Of a DNA stretch of 63,718 bases, positions 51,037-63,679 are shown one piece after another. The position numbers and the translations under genes are program-made. The notes beneath the pieces are model-generated. The model was not told where the DNA came from. It saw only the letters and a list, made by a program, of their open reading frames with translations, and did not search any database. The DNA is from Paraspadella gotoi (taxonomy: Eukaryota > Animalia > Chaetognatha). Each line of letters starts with the position of its first letter. Positions within the stretch are counted from its first letter, which is position 1. The stretch covers positions 23,505,084 to 23,568,801 of the forward strand of contig CM119268.1 of assembly GCA_051294375.1 (NCBI GenBank), given 5' to 3'.

Positions 51037-51656
51037 CAGGGTGGAGTGATGAAAAGATTGAGTGTTTGAACATTATGTTTTTTGCTGCCTATGGAGCATA
51101 TAATTAATGAATTTTAAATCCTTTTAAAAATTTTTTTAGCATAACAGTATAGAAATATTCAATTATTTATGTGTAATATCCTTATAAAATCTTCAATTTC
51201 AAAATAATTTTTTTTTATTTTTAAGAACTGATTTGGTTCGCTGTAAAAAACTAAGAAACTTTTATAAAATATGTTATATGATATTTAATGTTAGATCAAA
51301 AAAAATGACTAAAACGTTTAACATATATAAGTTTTCTACTACAGAGAATAAAAAATCAAGAATTTTCACCTTTTTTCTGTATTTAAAGCATTGAAGATGA
51401 ACAGAATTTTTGATAACATGTTTATATTTTTGATTCAACTTTTTATAAATAATCTTTAATAAAGTATAAAAATTTTTAAAATTTACTATTTTAATAAGGA
51501 TATTATTACAAATAATTTATATTTTACTATCTGTCCCGAGATAATATGAACAAAATATTTTTTGTACTAGCTTTTAATCCATACTATCTCACATCTAAAT
51601 ATTCATTGTTCGATCATCTCAAATGAAATTTTTTGTTCTTGAGTTGCTCCACTCTA
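51037..51656. mobile_element. ~620-bp non-autonomous hAT-like element
   Basis: Ends (C/T)AGGGTGGAG / CTCCACTCTA; tgcgca on both flanks (TTGCGCAA in the cleaner mirror at 53427-53434); absent from the duplicate at ~56636-56662. Confidence 0.7.
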
Positions 51657-51975
51657 ACTGCGCAATGCGCAGCAACGGTTTATTCGTGTTTTTTCTTTCT
51701 CTCTGATTTAAATAAAATTTGATTATGAATATGCTAGATTTTGCTTGTTCTTTGTATAATTGTGCTTGTTTTTGTGAGATTTTGCTAGACTATGCTTGAT
51801 TTTGCTAAGATTCTGCTTGATTTCTGAAATGTTTATTAAGAGATTCTTTTATTTTTTTGTATAAAAATCATGTATTTAATCAATGATGACTTTCAAACGA
51901 ATATCTCAAATCATGAAGAAGAAATGAATTAAAGTTGTGTTAGAGACAGAGAAAGAGAAAGAGAGAGAGGAGAGA

Positions 51976-52013
<38 letters not shown>

Positions 52014-52179
52014 TGAAGAGACGACAGAGAAGATCTTTGGGAAGGATGGAATAATACGCGAGAGTTATTTCAATATGCAAATTGCATTAAATTACCCAAC
52101 GAGAGATTTTGTTCTCGCACCTTTCTCTCTCTTCTCTCTCTCTCTCTCTTCTCTCTCTCTCCCTCTCTCTCTCTCTCCT

Positions 52180-52211
<32 letters not shown>

Positions 52212-52226
52212 TCTCCTCCTCTCTCC

Positions 52227-52260
<34 letters not shown>

Positions 52261-53627
52261 CTCCTCTTCTCTACTCTCTCTCTCTCTCTTCCTCTCTCTC
52301 TTCTCTCCCTCTCTCTCTCTCTCCTTCTCCCTCTTCTTCTCTCTCTCTCTCTCCGGTAACCGTTCTCGGGGTTGAATAGCCTTCGCCGTCAACCGCAACG
52401 AAGAGACGACGACGACGACGACGACGACGACCTCGAGTGCCATCGCCGTTCAATATGTTGAATGACAAAGGAAAAGATGGAAGAATCTCTTTTTTATATT
52501 CATGGAGAAAATAGGAGGAAAAAGAAGAAAAGGTAAAAAAAATAATGGAAAAAAAACAACCGCATAAAAAAGGCACTATTTTCCAAAATACTCCATTTCT
52601 GTTTTTAATCCTTAAACTTATTTCTAATATAAATTTTTAGTATTAATCTTTTAATAAGTTTTCAAAAGTAATATTTATCTTAATCCTCAATCCTAATATT
52701 TAACTTGACCCAAATCTTTAAACTTCAACTGGAATCTCTCGACTTATCTTTAAACAATAAACGTTAAACCAAAACACTTTCTTATTCATATCTTTTAGAA
52801 AATGCAAAAATTTTATTCTTTGTAAATAGATATATATTTTGTAACAAAAGTTTAAAGCAACTAATTCATTTTCATAAAGGTAATTTTAATTTAAAAACTT
52901 ATATAATTTAATAATTTAAGCGGAAATGAGGTGCTTTGCTAAAATATGGCGTTGGAAAAAAGAACCATACAGACTAAGTAAAGGAAATGTTTCTGTTGTG
53001 AATAAAAAAATGGAAAAAATAAATATATCATCTGTGATGATTCATCAGGTTTTGGTTTTGAATGCAGTGATGATAGAATAAAGAAAAGAACTTTAATTTT
53101 AATTAAATTACCTTGAAGCTGGAAATAAACAATATTAATTATTTAATTAAAAGAAATCAATTTTTTTTCTTCTAAAAAAAACTCATACGATTTTGTTTAA
53201 ATTTGAAACAAATTTTTTACAGCGAATCCAAATCAGTTCTTAAAAATAAAAAGAAATTATTTTGAAATTTGAAGATTTTATAAGGATATTACGACATAAA
53301 TAATTGAATTTTCTATACTGTTATGCTAAAAAAATTTTTAAAAGGATTTAAAATTCATTAATTATATGTCCATAGGCAGCAAAAAAATAATGTTCAAACA
53401 CTCAATCTTTTCATCACTCCACCCTATTGCGCAATTAAATGTAAATCGCTTATATGGATTTTTAATAAACTGATACTGCTGCGTAATATTTTGTTAGAGG
53501 AAAAGAGGAAGGGGAAGAAGCTAAAGATTTCACTGATGTGTAAAATAAAGATGTAGGTTCTTTAATTTTAAACAATTGTTTTTGTTTTTCTGTTTAATTT
53601 TAAAAATTATATGGATCATTTTTTGTA

Positions 53628-53664
53628 CTATCTATTTATGTATCTATCTATCTATCAATCTATC

Positions 53665-53695
<31 letters not shown>

Positions 53696-53850
53696 CTATT
53701 TATCTATCTATCAATATATCTATCTTTTTGGTTATCTTATCTATCTATAATATTCAAATTTATTTTTATCTGTACTATGATTACTATCTATCTATTTAAC
53801 AATCTATCTATCTTTATATCTCTATCTATCAAAATATATATCTATATTCT
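53628..53850. repeat. (TCTA)n microsatellite; mirrors at ~50635-50845 and ~56315-56566
   Basis: Direct inspection. Confidence 0.9.
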
Positions 53851-53855
53851 ATACA

Positions 53856-54106
53856 TATGTAGTCGGGAATTGCAATAAGTTCACACCGCCTATAAGCATG
53901 TGATATTCAGTGGTGACCCGGTGCCTCATTGAGTAATACCATCAGCAGCTGACCATTCCGTACAGGGATCGATTCCCTCAGCGTGAGGACGGCCGTAAAC
54001 CGCCTTGAGGGGCCTGGAAAACCCTCAAGCCTGGTTCTAAGCCCAAGACCCGTTTCATTGCTGCTCATGGGACACAGAAGATACGGATAGTAGTCTTCAA
54101 CCCACC
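53856..54106 (+). mobile_element. tRNA-derived SINE copy with leader; mirrors at ~50388-50640 and ~55988-56285 (-)
   Basis: Aligns to 36062-36326 from tatgtagt through gtgaccc.gt..ctcattgagtaa and gggatcgatt to cccac. Confidence 0.8.
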
Positions 54107-57100
54107 GAGTCACTAATCCACTCATAAGTCTGTTTGTCAGGTTAACTTTATTCATTTATAAAATATTTTCCTTTTCTTTTGAGTCTTTTTCTCTTTCTCC
54201 TCCTCTTCCTCCTCCTCTTCCTCATCCTCTTTCTCATCCTCCTCTACTCTTCCTTTTCTTCCTCCTGCCTCTTCCTTCTTCTCTTTCCTCCTCTTCCTCA
54301 TCCTCTTTCTCATCTTCCTCTACTCGAATTCGATCTTTCGACCGGCAAATTCGATCGCTGCGACTTTTCGACCGTTTGCGAGTCGAAGAGAGGTCGAAAA
54401 CCCAGCTTAGCTTTACCTCCCTCCTTCTCCTCCTCCTCCTGCCTCTTCCTCCTCCTCCTCCCTCTCCTTCACTTGGATTCATTTTCTTGGTTCCATCATT
54501 TTTTTGGTTGATTCTTCTTCTTGACTTCCACGTCATTCGCTCCATCATTTACTCCATCATTTACTCCATTATTCCCTCCATCTACTCCATCATTCAGTCC
54601 ATCATTCAGTACATCATTCACTCCATTACTTACTCCCTCACTCATTCCATCTACTCAACCATTTACACCATCATTTACTCCACCATTCATTCCATCATTC
54701 ACTTCAATGGAGGAATCCAAAGCTTTTTCCTCTAGAAAACAAGGATTCTAAAATCTTGTCAGCTTATTGTTGATGTTTTTTAATTCTTTTTTTCGTTCTA
54801 TTAATTAATATTATATTTTGTTGAATTGTAAACTGACAATTTATGCGTTTTATCTGTAATGCTGTATGCCTTTTGAATGTACTGATTTCGAACTAATGTT
54901 GTAGACGAATAAAACACAGTATAGTTAAAAATTATGAAGTTTAGCATGGGTTGTGAATGATAGGAGTGAATAAGAAGTGATGAGTGGAATGAATGATGGA
55001 GTGAATGATGGGAGTAAATAAGTGGAGTGAATGAGAGTGAATGATGAAGTGAATGATTGGAAGAATTGGGTGAGTAAATGATGGTGTAAATGGTTGAGTA
55101 GATGGATATGAGTGAGGGAGTAAGTAATGGAGTTGACATGATGTACTGAATATGGAGCTGAATGCATGGAGTAGAGGAGGGAATAATGGAGTAAAGATGA
55201 TGGTGGGAGTTAAATGGATGGAGCGGAATTGACGTGGAAGTCAAGAGAAGGAAGAACAACCAAAAGAAATAGGAACCAAGAAAATGAATCCAATGAAGGA
55301 GAGGGAGGAGGAGGAGGAAGAGCAGGCCAGGAGGAGGAGAAGGAGGGCAGTAAGCTAAGCTGGCAGTTTTTCGACCTCTCTGTCGACTCGCAACACGTGA
55401 ATTCGAAAAGTACGCAGCGATACGAATTTGCCGCGTCGAAAGAGATCGAAATTTCGAGAATAGAGGAAGATGAGATAAGAGGGATGTGGAAAGAGGAGGA
55501 AAGAGAAGCAAGAAGAGGCAGGAGGGAAGACAAAGAAGAGTAGGAGGAGGGATGAGAAAGAAGGATGAGGAAGAGGAGAGGAGAAGAGGAATGAGGCAGG
55601 ATGAGGAAAGGAGGAGTAGAGGACCCCGATGAGAAAGAGGAGGAGAAAGAGGAGGATGGAGAAGGAGGAAGAGGTGAGGGGAGGAGTAGGAGGAGTAAGA
55701 GTGAGACATCGAGAAATAGGAGGAGGAAGAGGAGGAGCAGAAGTAGAAGAGCAGGAAGGAGAGGAGGAGTAGAGGATGGATGAGAAATAGGAGAGGAAGA
55801 GTGAGGAGGCGAGAAGTAGGAGAGCAGGAGGAGAAAAGGAAGAGTAGAGGAGGATGTAGAAGAGGATGAGAAGAGGAGAGGAAGAGGAAGCGAGAAGAGA
55901 AAAAGACTCAAAAGAAAAGGAAAAATATTTTATAATGAATAAAGTTAACCTGACCAAACAGGACTTAGAGGAGTGGATTAGTGACTCGTGGGTTGAAAGA
56001 CTACTATCCGTATCTTCTGTGATCCCCGATGAGCAGCAAAGAAACGCGGTCTTGGGCTTAGAACGAGGCTTTGATGGTTTTTCCAGGCCCCCTCCAAGGC
56101 GGTTTACGGCCGTCCTTCACGCCTGAGGCGAGCATCTAGTACCCTGACGGGAGGACATTGGTGCAGCTGCTGAGTGGTATTACTCAATGAGGCACCGGGT
56201 CACCACTGGAATCTCACCTGGCTTATAGGCGAGAGATACAGATCAGTGTTGAAACTTATGTGGCAATTCCCCGCACTACATAGTGTATTAGAGATATATT
56301 AGAACCTATATATTTGGATAGATAGAGATATAAAGATAGGATAGATTGTTAAATAGATAGATAGTAATCACTAGTACAGATAAAATAAAATTTGAATTAT
56401 TATAGATTAAGATAAGATAAGCCGGAAAAGATAGATATATTGATAGATAGATAATAGATAGATAGATAAATAGATTATGATACGATAGATAGATAGATAG
56501 ATAGATAGATAGCCATAGCATAAGTAGATAGATAGATTAGATAGGATAGATACATAGAATAGATAGTACAAAATGATTACGCAGCCGAGTATCAGTTTAG
56601 TTAAAAAAAATAACCATATAAGCGATTTACATCTAATTGCGCGCACTGCGCCATTGCGCAATGCCGCGAGAACTGGTTTATTCGTGTTTTTCTTTTCTCT
56701 ACTTGATTTAAAAATTTTGATTATGAATGATTGCTACACCCTTTTGCTCTTGTTCTGCGTATACATTGGCTTGTTTTTGTGGTAACGATTTTGCTAGGAC
56801 TATGCTTGGTGATTTTTGCTAGAACTTCCCTGGCTTGGATTTCTGAATNNNNNNNNNNNNNNNNNNNNNNNNNTAACTCCATCATTAATTCCATCTTTCA
56901 CTAAATCATTCACTCCATCATTCACTCTATCTACTCCATCATTCACTCCATCTTTCATTCAATAAATGTTGTTCTTTGCTTATATCTCAGTTGACATTCT
57001 GTAGTAGTCGTCGTTGTCGTCGTCGTCGTCGTCCAAACCAGATGCTTTCTGTCTTAAAATATAATCTCAGTTTACGTCGTAAACTTTTTATCTTTTTTTC

Positions 57101-58176
57101 TTTGTCTTTCTTTTTTCTCATTCCTTTTTTTTCCTTTTTATTAATATTATTATTATTTTCTTACTTATTTTTAATTTATATCTTTTTCTCTCTTTCCAGT
57201 TTGTTTACACTTGAGAAGAATAAAACCTAACATATTTTTAAGCATTGGGTGAATTTAAATGCTATACGTAACTTCTTTAACCTCCTCTAGCAGCCACGGA
57301 ACGGGTCGTGGTCTTGGGGCTTTTCCACGCCCTCATGGCGGCTTTCGGCCGTCCTCACGCTTTCCGAGCGGTAGATAACTTTTAGTTGGGTGGTCGTGAT
57401 TAATTAAAAATTAAATTTAAATTCAATTGAATAAAATTCAAATGTATTTTTTTTCTCTGAGCGCCATCTCGCAAGGAAAAAAAACTCGTTTAGTCTTTGA
57501 ACGTGACTTCCTTTCATCTTTAAACTCCAAAAAATATCTTAAGAAAAAAAAGTTCATTAAAAGAAGAAGAAGAAGAGACAGACTGACTGACTTCAATTTA
57601 AGGAAAAACCGGAAACCATGAAATTGAAAATAAAAAAAAAAAAGAAAAAAGAAAAAAGAAAAAAAGGAGGAGAAAGATAATTTGTGAGGAAAGTGTTGAT
57701 CCACGCAGAAAGAAAGATAAAGAAAAAAAATTATAAAAGAAAGATTAAAAAGGACTGTAAGATTAAAAAAGATAGATTATAAAAAATAAAAAAAGGAATG
57801 ATTAAAAAAAAATGAAAGAAAAAAGAAATATCGAAAAAAAAGAAAAAAAGGAAAAAAAGTAAGAACTGAGATAAGGCAAAGTTCGTGACAAAAAATACGT
57901 TGATCGGATCTCTCTTTTTTTCTTTCGCTCTTCCAATGAGTAGAGAGAAAGGGAGAGTAAGAAATAGAGGAGAAAGAAAAGAGGAAAGTGGAAAGAGAAG
58001 AGAGGAAGAGAGAGAGGATAGAGAAAAGAGAAGAGAGGAAGAGAGGAAAAAAGAGAGGGATGGAGGAAAGAGAAGAGAGAAAGAGAGGAAGGAAGTATAA
58101 AGAAACAATAATGACGTCGATGGTGATAACAAAAACGCGTTTGAGGAATAACAATGAGTTCATTCCAGCTCCGGAG

Positions 58177-58263
<87 letters not shown>

Positions 58264-58545
58264 TGAAGGAAAGAGGAAACGGAATTAGGGTTTTCAACAA
58301 ATGAAAAAAAGAGAGAAAAAAAAGATGAGATCAAAGATTAAAAAAAAAACAGGAAGAAAAAGGTCAAAATCTTTTTTTTCTTCTCTCTTCGCTGTTGGAA
58401 CCAAACAGGATCGCGATCTTGCGATGGAACCGAAAGAAAAGAAGTTTGCGAAGTCTCGATTGGAAACACAGTCGGTGGTGGGTTGTTGTTATCGTTGTTA
58501 TTGTTGTTGTTATCATTTGTGATTTATGGGTTAAAGATAAGCTGA

Positions 58546-59130
58546 GATAAACTGGAAGAGAAGACGAACCGGAGGTGGAGATAAACCGGATGTGAAGACA
58601 CACCGGAAGCAAAGACAAACCGGAGGTCGAGACAAACCGGACGTGAAGATAAACTGGGAGTGATGACAAACCGAAAGTAAAGACAAACCGGAAGTGGAGA
58701 CAAACTAGAAGTGGAGAAAAATTGGAAAAGAGGACAAACCGAAAGTTAAGGAATACCGGAATTAAAGACAAACCAAAGGTTATGACAAACTGGAAGTGAT
58801 GACAAACCGGAGGGGAAACAAACCGGAAGTGAAGACAAACCGGATGCGATGACAAACTGGAAATAGAGACAAACCGGAAGTGGAGATAAACCGAAAGTCA
58901 TAACAAACCGGAAGTTGAGACAAACAGGAAAAGAAGACAAACCGGAAGTGAAGACAAACCCCAAGTGATGACAAACCGGAAGTGATGACAAACCGAAAGT
59001 AAAGACAACCTGAAAGTGATGACAAACCGGAAGTGAAGACAAACTGGAAGTGATGACAAACCGGAAGTGAAGACAACCTGGAAGTGATGACAAACCGGAA
59101 GTGAAGACAAGAGTGAAGACAAACTGGAAG
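58546..59130 (+). repeat. 17-bp minisatellite (GACAAACCGGAAGTGAW), ~34 units; noisy mirror at ~47215-47660
   Basis: 17-bp phase almost throughout; nine exact ACCGGAAGT. Confidence 0.95.
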
Positions 59131-59326
59131 CAGATCTGTCTTTGCCTGTTAAAATCAGGCGTGGCTCGTTTCTTGATTCTGATGCGAGTTTGTTTTGGCA
59201 GATTTAGTGCCAGTGAAAAGAGAATGAAACGTGTGGGAGGAAGAAAGAGTGAGAGGGAGAGAAAGAGTAATAGCGGGAAAGAGGGGGGAGAGAGAGAAAG
59301 GGAGGGAGGGAGGGAGGGAGAGAAAA

Positions 59327-59365
<39 letters not shown>

Positions 59366-59816
59366 AGAGTGAAATATGGGAAAACTATTTTATACTTAAA
59401 GGAAAGATATTAAGAGAGTTAAGGAATACGAAAATGTCTATGGAATTAAAGTGAAAATGAAGATTATAATTTAAAAATTAATATCTTTATATTCTTCGTC
59501 ATCGACTTTTTTATGAANNNNNNNNNNNNNNNNNNNNNNNNNNNNNNNNNNNNNNNNNNNNNNNNNNNNNNNNNNNNNNNNNNNNNNNNNNNNNNNNNNN
59601 NNNNNNNNNNNNNNNNNNNNNNNNNNNNNNNNNNNNNNNNNNNNNNNNNNNNNNNNNNNNNNNNNNNNNNNNNNNNNNNNNNNNNNNNNNNNNNNNNNNN
59701 NNNNNNNNNNNNNNNNNNNNNNNNNNNNNNNNNNNNNNNNNNNNNNNNNNNNNNNNNNNNNNNNNNNNNNNNNNNNNNNNNNNNNNNNNNNNNNNNNNNN
59801 NNNNNNNNNNNNNNGA

Positions 59817-59848
<32 letters not shown>

Positions 59849-60024
59849 GAGGGAATAATGAATAGCGTAATGAGTGGTGAGACATCACAGCATCGCGCGT
59901 CTTCGTCGTCCAAGTGAAAAATCCTTCATTCACGTTCGTCTTTATCTTCCAATTGGTTGTCGTTGTCGTTGTCGTTGTCGTTATCGTCGTCGTCGTTGTC
60001 GTCGTTGTCGTTATCGTCGTCGGC

Positions 60025-60150
60025 TTTTTATTTGCGCCGCGATTACTCGCGGTGCAACTCAATGAGCAACTTTTCGGTCGGTCTGTCGTTATGTCTGTCA
60101 GTTTATATCTCGGTCTGTCCCACCTAAATGCTAATAACTCGAGTTATACT
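60025..60150 (-). mobile_element. HINE/Helentron-like element end; mirror at ~46074-46236
   Basis: TTTTTA + 11-bp stem hairpin 60032-60057 + CTCAATGAGCAACTT + TCGGTCGGTCTGTC; same layout as 42581. Confidence 0.55.
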
Positions 60151-60266
60151 TTATCACATTAGTTCATATTTGGTAGGAAGGTAAGACCTTTAACGTGCAT
60201 AGGTATATATGGAGGAATGTTATGCATAAATCTCATACTGTTGTTCATATATTTCATACTTGTGTT

Positions 60267-60300
60267 GTCACGTGACAATGTGGAACTACTGTCACGTGAC
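60267..60300. promoter_or_regulatory. Two perfect GTCACGTGAC palindromes 24 bp apart
   Basis: 60267-60276 and 60291-60300; function unproven. Confidence 0.35.
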
Positions 60301-62584
60301 CATAAAGTAAATAAGACAGTTTTCGCGTTTTATTTAGTTGTGAAACTTTGCATAAAAATCGTTAACTATTGAACATTACCTTCAGATTTGTGTGGTCATC
60401 ATTGTGAAATACACGTGAAAAGAAAGTCACAGAGGCGCAACACATTGGATGGACCAATCTTGTTTGTCGTCGTCGTCGTCGTCGTCCTCTGAGTCGTTGT
60501 TTTCCACTCGTCCTCATTACTCCTCCTCATGGTTGTCGTCGTCTTTCTCCTCCTCCTCCTCCTCTTCCTCCTTCCATCGTTACTCAAGTCTCGGGAAAAC
60601 CATTATCCATTTATTATCTGTATAAAGCTTGTCTCGAGCTTTTTCTGGGAGAAGGAGAGAGTGGGAGATGGAGAGGGAGAGAGGGAGAGAAAGAAAGAAG
60701 GATTGAAAGAAAAAAAGGTAATAAAAAATAAAAGAAATAAAGAGGAGGAAGAGAAAGAAAGAAAGAAAAAAAGAANNNNNNNNNNNNNNNNNNNNNNNNN
60801 NNNNNNNNNNNNNNNNNNNNNNNNNNNNNNNNNNNNNNNNNNNNNNNNNNNNNNNNNNNNNNNNNNNNNNNNNNNNNNNNNNNNNNNNNNNNNNNNNNNN
60901 NNNNNNNNNNNNNNNNNNNNNNNNNNNNNNNNNNNNNNNNNNNNNAGAAGACTCACACATTAATCGCTGCCCGAATTCGATTTTTCTTTGTCCAAAGACA
61001 AAAGATTAAAATAAAGAAATTGAATAAGAAGATGAACATCGAACATATTAGAGTATTATATTGTATTAAGGGTATTAAATATAAAATAATCAATATCAGC
61101 AGTATTGGTAAGAACAATGAGGATACTGATTCTTTCTTGCAAATATTTCTCGCTGGTATAAATTATGTGTGAAACATACAAGACACTCTCACGAGACATT
61201 AACTAACAATAATTATTAATTTGTTAATGTTATAGACAACAATTAAAACACAACAGAAAGTANNNNNNNNNNNNNNNNNNNNNNNNNNNNNNNNNNNNNN
61301 NNNNNNNNNNNNNNNNNNNNNNNNNNNNNNNNNNNNNNNNNNNNNNNNNNNNNNNNNNNNNNNNNNNNNNNNNNNNNNNNNNNNNNNNNNNNNNNNNNNN
61401 NNNNNNNNNNNNNNNNNNNNNNNNNNNNNNNNNNNNNNNNNNNNNNNNNNNNNNNNNNNNNNNNNNNNNNNNNNNNNNNNNNNNNNNNNNNNNNNNNNNN
61501 NNNNNNNNNNNNNNNNNNNNNNNNNNNNNNNNNNNNNNNNNNNNNNNNNNNNNNNNNNNNNNNNNNNNNNNNNNNNNNNNNNNNNNNNNNNNNNNNNNNN
61601 NNNNNNNNNNNNNNNNNNNNNNNNNNNNNNNNNNNNNNNNNNNNNNNNNNNNNNNNNNNNNNNNNNNNNNNNNNNNNNNNNNNNNNNNNNNNNNNNNNNN
61701 NNNNNNNNNNNNNNNNNNNNNNNNNNNNNNNNNNNNNNNNNNNNNNNNNNNNNNNNNNNNNNNNNNNNNNNNNNNNNNNNNNNNNNNNNNNNNNNNNNNN
61801 NNNNNNNNNNNNNNNNNNNNNNNNNNNNNNNNNNNNNNNNNNNNNNNNNNNNNNNNNNNNNNNNNNNNNNNNNNNNNNNNNNNNNNNNNNNNNNNNNNNN
61901 NNNNNNTTCTTTTTTTTTCTTTATGTTTAGTTCTATTTTTTACTAGATTTATTCTTTTGTTTTTTTCCTGTCTGCTACTCCATTATTCCCCCCTCTTTTC
62001 TCTCNNNNNNNNNNNNNNNNNNNNNNNNNCTCATCTCTCTCTCTTTCTCTTTCCTCTTCTCTCTCTCTCTCCTCTCTCTCTCCTCTCTTCTCTCTCTCTC
62101 TCTCTCTCTCTTCTCTATCTCTCTCCATTCCTCTCCTCATCTTTTTGAATATTTCACGAAGTCGCAACGAAAACTTCAGCCCAAAATATGGAAAGAAAAA
62201 AAAATAAAGAAAAAATAGAGAAAGAAAAAAGAAAGCAAGAATAAAGAAAGAGAGAAAAAATGATTAGTAAAGAAAAAGCAAAAAAAAAGCAAAGAAAAAG
62301 CAAAGAAAAAGCAATGAATAAACAAAGAAAAAGCAAAGAAAAAGCAAAGAGGTCGCTCGAGTCTCGTTTGTAGAGGAACTGAATCATATGAGCTGAACGA
62401 CAACAACAACAACAATCACGATACAGCATTACTTCATCTTTAACTTAATTTTTTATACTGATGTCACATTTTTCTCTTCGTTTTCACACTTTTTTCACCT
62501 CTTTTCACAACTTAGTACTTATTGACTTTCACAACTCTTTTTTCCTTTATTCTCACATTTCCTTTTTTCTTTTAATCTTTTTTT

Positions 62585-63100
62585 TCCTTCTCTTCCTCCT
62601 CTTCTTCTTCTTCCTCTTCCTCCTCTTCTTTTTCTTCCTCTTCCTCCTCTTCTTTTTCTTCCTCTTCCTCCTCTTCCTCTTCTTCCTCTTCCTCCTCTTC
62701 TTTTTCTTCCTCTTCCTCCTCTTCTTTTTCTTCTTCCTCTTCCTCCTCTTCTTCTTCTTCCTCTTCCTCCTCTTCTTCTTCTTCCTCTTCCTCCTCTTCT
62801 TCTTCCCCCTCTTCCTTCTCCGTTCCCCAGGGTTTTCCCCCGATAATTTCCCTCTTCCTCTGAATTAGTCTATTTAGTCGTTGGGGGTCGCGACAAGAAG
62901 TCTCGTTGAGGAAGAGAGGAAAGAGGAGAAGGAGAAAGAGGAAAAGAGAAGAAGAGAGAGGTAGAGAGAGGAAAGAGAAGTAGAGAGAGCAAGAGAGGAA
63001 AAGAGAGGTAGAGAGAGGAAGAGAGAGGAAGAGGGGTTAGAGAGAGGAAGAGAGGTAGAGAGAAGAAAGAGAGGAAGAGAGAGCAAGAGAGGAAAAGGAA
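62585..63100. repeat. (CTT/CCT)n tract (62585-62820) facing a GA-rich tract (62908-63100)
   Basis: Direct inspection. Confidence 0.85.
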
Positions 63101-63212
63101 GGAAAAGAAAATTATTGATGCTGGTGAGAAGTACAATAAAGTATTCCCGATGTTATACTTAAGAGAAAAGTCCTTTTGTACAATTGAAACATTATATAAA
63201 ACATTTTATCTT

Positions 63213-63412
63213 TTCATTGATAGGGAAGCCAGTTCCTCTGGGAGTGAATAAACGAGACTGTGAGAGAGTCTTGATTGAAAGCTTACAAGTTTCTGCAATG
63301 TTATTATCTTGGAAAAGAGATGGAGGCCGTAAACCACCAAAGTCTGTTCAAAGTCAGGGGCAGGATAGCTTATTTATTAAATGAATGGATAATTTTATAT
63401 CGTTTGTAACAA
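63213..63412. repeat. Dispersed repeat R1, uninterrupted copy (empty site for the 617-bp MITE)
   Basis: High similarity to 31747-31940 and to the rejoined 10506-11330. Confidence 0.85.
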
Positions 63413-63517
63413 TATCAGTAACAATATCATTGAATTAAAATAGTTTTTAAAAAAATGAAAGAGATCAGTGTAGAGTTCTTCGCTTGTCGATTGTGATTCT
63501 TAGTCATAAAGTGCATT

Positions 63518-63548
<31 letters not shown>

Positions 63549-63679
63549 AAACATATCAACGACGCGTTTTTGAAGAATCGAATTCCGATGCTAAGTCGTC
63601 GTCGTCGTCGTCGTCATCATCGTCATCTCAAGATCACGGTTTTCAATAATTCAAGTGTTAGTTGGCAGTGATTGATACG

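Larger units (their letters stand above)
43685..53213. repeat. Inverted duplication 43685-44690 / 52120-53213
   Basis: Near-identical reverse complement, e.g. 44450-44545 vs 52353-52450. Confidence 0.9.
49312..56848 (+). repeat. Direct duplication 49312-51828 / 54717-56848, with an inverted copy of ~49540-51250 at 53213-54712
   Basis: Both start cca(a)agctttt..cctctagaaaa and end gctt.gatttctgaa; second copy ends at a 25-N gap. Confidence 0.88.
44945..61262. repeat. Inverted duplication 44945-49300 / 56874-61262
   Basis: Colinear reverse-complement anchors throughout; both ends of the right copy abut gaps. Confidence 0.9.

Noticed and set aside
58364-59122. Repetitive SSLPVCLHFRFV ORFs
   Set aside because: Product of a 17-bp unit that is not a multiple of three
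36121-60071. Identical 15-mer AGTTGCTCATTGAGT in the SINE A-box and the HINE-like end
   Set aside because: One 15-mer match in a window this size is compatible with chance, and it does not extend
63184-63384. ERVLIESL resembling a Penelope GIY-YIG C-terminus
   Set aside because: No GIY/YIG motifs, frame not kept in other R1 copies, no hammerhead downstream
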